From Klebsormidium nitens (Eukaryota; Plantae; Klebsormidiophyceae): a stretch of 64,000 bases of DNA. The translations under genes and the position numbers were made by a program. Under the pieces are notes generated by a model, which had not been told where the DNA came from, made no database searches, and saw only the letters and a program-made list of their open reading frames with translations. The stretch's first letter is position 1. Every line of letters begins with the position of its first letter. The stretch lies in the NCBI GenBank assembly GCA_000708835.1, contig DF237452.1, positions 1 through 64,000 of the forward strand. The letters are read 5' to 3'. Positions 60,521 through 64,000 of the stretch are shown here, in pieces.

Positions 60521-63500
60521 ATGCCGCGACGGAGGTACCAGCCCGTGGGTCCGAACGAGAGGTTGCCGGACGTTGGGGCGCAGCGGTACATTGTGAAGCG
60601 CAGCAAGCGCTGCAATTATGCAATGAGCATCACAAAGGTGCGAGCGCACGGATTTCTAGAGATTATACATTTTCTCCCCCACCCTAATCCCCCTAACTAA
60701 CCCCACCCGTTCGAGAATTAAAATCTGAGCTTCTTATAAGTAAGCTGGAGACAAATGGACGGCGAAAAAGACTCGGGGGTTTTCCTTCGACTTCTTTCCA
60801 CCGTCGTCTTTTCTGTCCGAATTCAAGCTCTATCTTTTGCCTCTATATTTCTCTTCAACTTTCTGTCTCTCCCATTATTCTCCAGTTGTTTTCTTGATCT
60901 GTTGGCAGGCAAAAACTAATTCAGTCTCTGGAAGCCGCAAGCTAAGGTGAGTTAGATCAGGTTTACTTTATTCTCGATTCACAACAATTAATACTTTGCC
61001 ATTTACTGGAGTGCATCCGGTGGCAGTCGCTGCCTCTGCACTTGGGCGCACCATATCTTTGCGAGCTTCCTTATTCTAACTAGAAGGACCACGCTCCTCT
61101 TTCTGGAACTTCAGCAACCCAGAGTGAAATCTGGGTTTCTTCCTGCATCGACCTTCCTTCTCCTCAACGATCAAATCACCATGGTCAGCCCTGCTTGCCA
61201 GCTTTTTCCTAGTGAAGATTGAAGGAGTTTGAGCCACGTTTCATCAACTTTGGATGTGGCAAGATCAAATACCCGTTCTTGAAAAGAGCACTGCAGTGCA
61301 AGTCCATCTTTTTGCTGTGATGAATGCCACACGAGTGTCCTCAATAACAGGGCTGTGGTTGGAATAGAACAGACCATGCGTTTGGCGAGCAGCGACTTCA
61401 TTGTGTTTGGATCGAGTGATAACTCTTGACAGAGTTCTGATATACTTATCATATTCTGTCGTGGTCAGATTGGCAAAGGCGCAAGGAATGCACGCAGACA
61501 GAGTTTCATCTCCATCTCTACTCCTTCTCCTCTCCCTTATCTTCTCTGTTGTCTTTCTTAATGTCTCATATTGTTCGATTAACAAGGCTGCAGATGTCAG
61601 CCTTTCCCTTTGATGATATTGTTGAAGTTTGCAGCCTCGGAATCTCTTGTAACAATCGAGCGGTCCCCAACTTTTTAAGATGTCAGTGGCTTGCAGGCTA
61701 AACAGGGTGACCAAAAAAGGACTGTCGAGAAGCATCTTTTTGTTGCGTGTGTCAGCTTTTCATACTCGCCGCCAACATCAATCTGAAACGGCTCTCAGAG
61801 CATAAAGTCTCTCAAAATTTGCACCCTGATTGGCAGGCGCAAGAATCAGTAGCCTTTTCACAAACCCTGCCAAAAAGGTTCAAGGAGTTCTCGTAATTCG
61901 ATCAAACCCAACGATGCTTCCCAATCCGCAAATCCTGTCGACTTCCGATGAACAAAGTGAAGCCTAAAAAAGGAACATATACACTAGTTACCTTCGAACA
62001 GACACGGAGCAGTCTTACAGAATCATCTGGCGGGGAAAACTAAGCATGGCTCTCTTCTTGTTGCAGCACCCAGACCCGATTGGCGAGTCTCTCGCGCAAG
62101 AGGCCTGGTTGGAATCGTTTGAGGGGTACGGCCCGCCCGGAATGGCCAAGCCGACAAAGTTTTTAGGGCTTCAGGTGAGGGTTCCGCAGGCCTTTGAGCA
62201 TCACTACATGTGGAGGGCTAGCTAAATTGCAGAATCAGAATAGGTCCACTGAAGAGAGATAATGATAACAGAAGGAACGACACCTATATGCCTAGTCTTG
62301 CAGCACCTAGCAGGTAGGTGTTCTGCAGGCCAATTGCTTATAGAGAGGGTTAAGAAGATTGCATTCGAAACAGGCCAAGCGATGACGAGTGTAAGGTTAT
62401 TCTTGCGGCACCTACCAAGCAGCGAGGGTTCCGCAGGCCACTCGTTTGTCACAGAGGGTTAGCTAAATCGCATTTCGAACAGAACAGAACAGAAGGGTTG
62501 ACAGCAGTATGTTTACTTCTGCGGCACCTAGTTAGATGTTCAGGGTTGATCACAGGAGCACGAGTTGGCAGGGGGACGAATGAAAGGCGAAGCGCTGCCG
62601 TTTCCTTTTTCAACCGAAACCCGACAGAGCGGAAGAAAGGAGAACAGGGACTCCAGGCAGATTCTCTAGGGGCCCCCCTTCCATTTTAAGCCCTTCGATT
62701 GACGATCATTGGGGAATCTGATCAGCCCAGACCGTCGATCCTAGGGGGTAATGGCTAGGTGGGGTCCCATACGTCGGCTTGGTAATCCACGTCATCCCCT
62801 CTTCCTGTCTAAGTTGACACGCAGATTGTCATCAATGATGACGTATCCTGTTCCTGCTCGTCTCCAGGTGTGGCCCCCACCGTTTGCGGCGGCGCTAAGT
62901 CCAATCGGAAAAGAGATCGGGACGGTCGGAAAGGTACGTTCCTCACCAGGTTCTGTGTGCTAGGCACAAGACGCGTGCTTATGCGCGCAACTGCCAGTTG
63001 ATTGGTCCTTTCGTGCCTTCAACGGCGAAGTGTTCGAAGCACGTTCTTTGGCGATGATAGGACGCTGGTCGTAAGTGTCAACCGGTAACTCGTCTGCTGC
63101 GATTGTCGAGGGAAGCTTGCGCGCTCGTCACTTATCAGTGCGGTATTCACAAATCGCCCAGGTCCATTCTGCTTCGGTGCTTCATCCTTGAACTTAAGAG
63201 AACAGAAAATGGAAGTCGGCGCCCGGTTCACTTGTTCTTACTGGTCCAGCGTCAATCTTGAACGGCGACAAATGAAGCATCGGACCTGTCACCTTCGGCG
63301 GTTGCCCGAGATGCTCCGTCTTTAGCCGCGTGCTTCGAAATTTGGAGCGAAAACTTACCTTGAGGTCGCCTATCCCCAGCCGGAAGAGTTTTGCGGCACC
63401 AAACCCTCAGTTTCAGGAGACACGATCTGGTGTCGTCTCGTCGAGGCAACAACATCTGCTAGTATTGTTAAGCAGCCCGTTTCTAAGCGGTCCGATGTTA

Positions 63501-64000
63501 GAAAAGAAAAGAGCGCGATCCTCATTGTAAGGGTTTCAAGTACAAGGGCACGTCATAGTTCCTGAGTGCAAATCTTCGAACTTGAGATGTGAGCTGATTG
63601 ACAGGATACTCACTTCCGGCAAATGGGAGAAGAGCAGTGGTCTGATTGTTGATTCTGCCAATTCTTTGCCTGTAAAGTCAAGTTTCTCCGACAGGCTGAG
63701 CCAGCGCTTGTCTACTAGCGAACCCGCCCACGAAACGAGAGGCACCGCCAGCTCATTACGAGGTACCGCCACATTTGAAACGTCAGATGTTTGCGGTAAA
63801 AGAAGTACCTTTCTGAATACCTCCCAATCTGACAGGTGCAAATGGCTGGACACAAGATTGTCTACGAAGTGAGTTTAGCTTCTCCGATTGTAGTCCGTTT
63901 CTAGTCGTCATCCGTACATCCACGCCTGTTTTCCTACCCTACAGGTCGTTTTAAAATTCAGCGAACTTATCGAAGCGGGGCTCCCGGGGGGCGGCCGGCG
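60521..64000 (+). CDS. Unidentified multi-exon protein, 5' part (continues beyond the window)
   Basis: Phase-0 GT-AG exons 60521-60637, 62067-62174, 62868-62933, 63836-63868 and 63945-64000. They give MPRRRYQPVGPNERLPDVGAQRYIVKRSKRCNYAMSITK-HPDPIGESLAQEAWLESFEGYGPPGMAKPTKFLGLQ-VWPPPFAAALSPIGKEIGTVGK-VQMAGHKIVYE-VVLKFSELIEAGLPGGGR. No family was recognised. Confidence 0.6.
61171..61950 (-). pseudogene. Decayed antisense coding relic inside the first intron of the 60521 gene
   Basis: Overlapping protein-like minus-strand frames (156 aa at 61735-61265 and 93 aa at 61452-61171), plus upstream ...FADWEASLGLIELRELLEP... broken by stops and a frameshift. Confidence 0.3.

Overview
This is intron-rich eukaryotic nuclear DNA with canonical GT-AG introns, plant-type genes and two N-gaps. 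It is most consistent with a streptophyte green alga such as Klebsormidium, which is my inference. The ORF track is largely misleading here, so I rebuilt the genes exon by exon with splice-phase checks. In order they are: a KDZ (Kyakuja-Dileera-Zisupton) transposase running off the left edge (-); a 2xC2H2-UBA-coiled coil-PUB protein (+); an inosine/uridine nucleoside hydrolase with a long N-terminal extension (-); an EGF-containing exostosin/GT47 glycosyltransferase (+); a GT71/MNN2-like alpha-mannosyltransferase fused to two six-cysteine knottin/hevein-like modules (-); a non-specific phospholipase C (-); a membrane-anchored protein with two SnoaL/DUF4440 (NTF2-fold) domains (-); and an unidentified multi-exon gene running off the right edge (+). 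Accessory DNA includes a MITE, the 3' end of an RLE-type LINE with an (ATTGAT)6 tail, a TTATCGG fold-back array, GTAC-palindrome-rich islands and decayed coding relics. The most striking pattern is a set of decayed tandem 'echo' copies of exon-intron junctions inside introns of four unrelated genes, some keeping intact in-frame splice sites. The most novel protein architecture is the GT71-tandem-knottin fusion.
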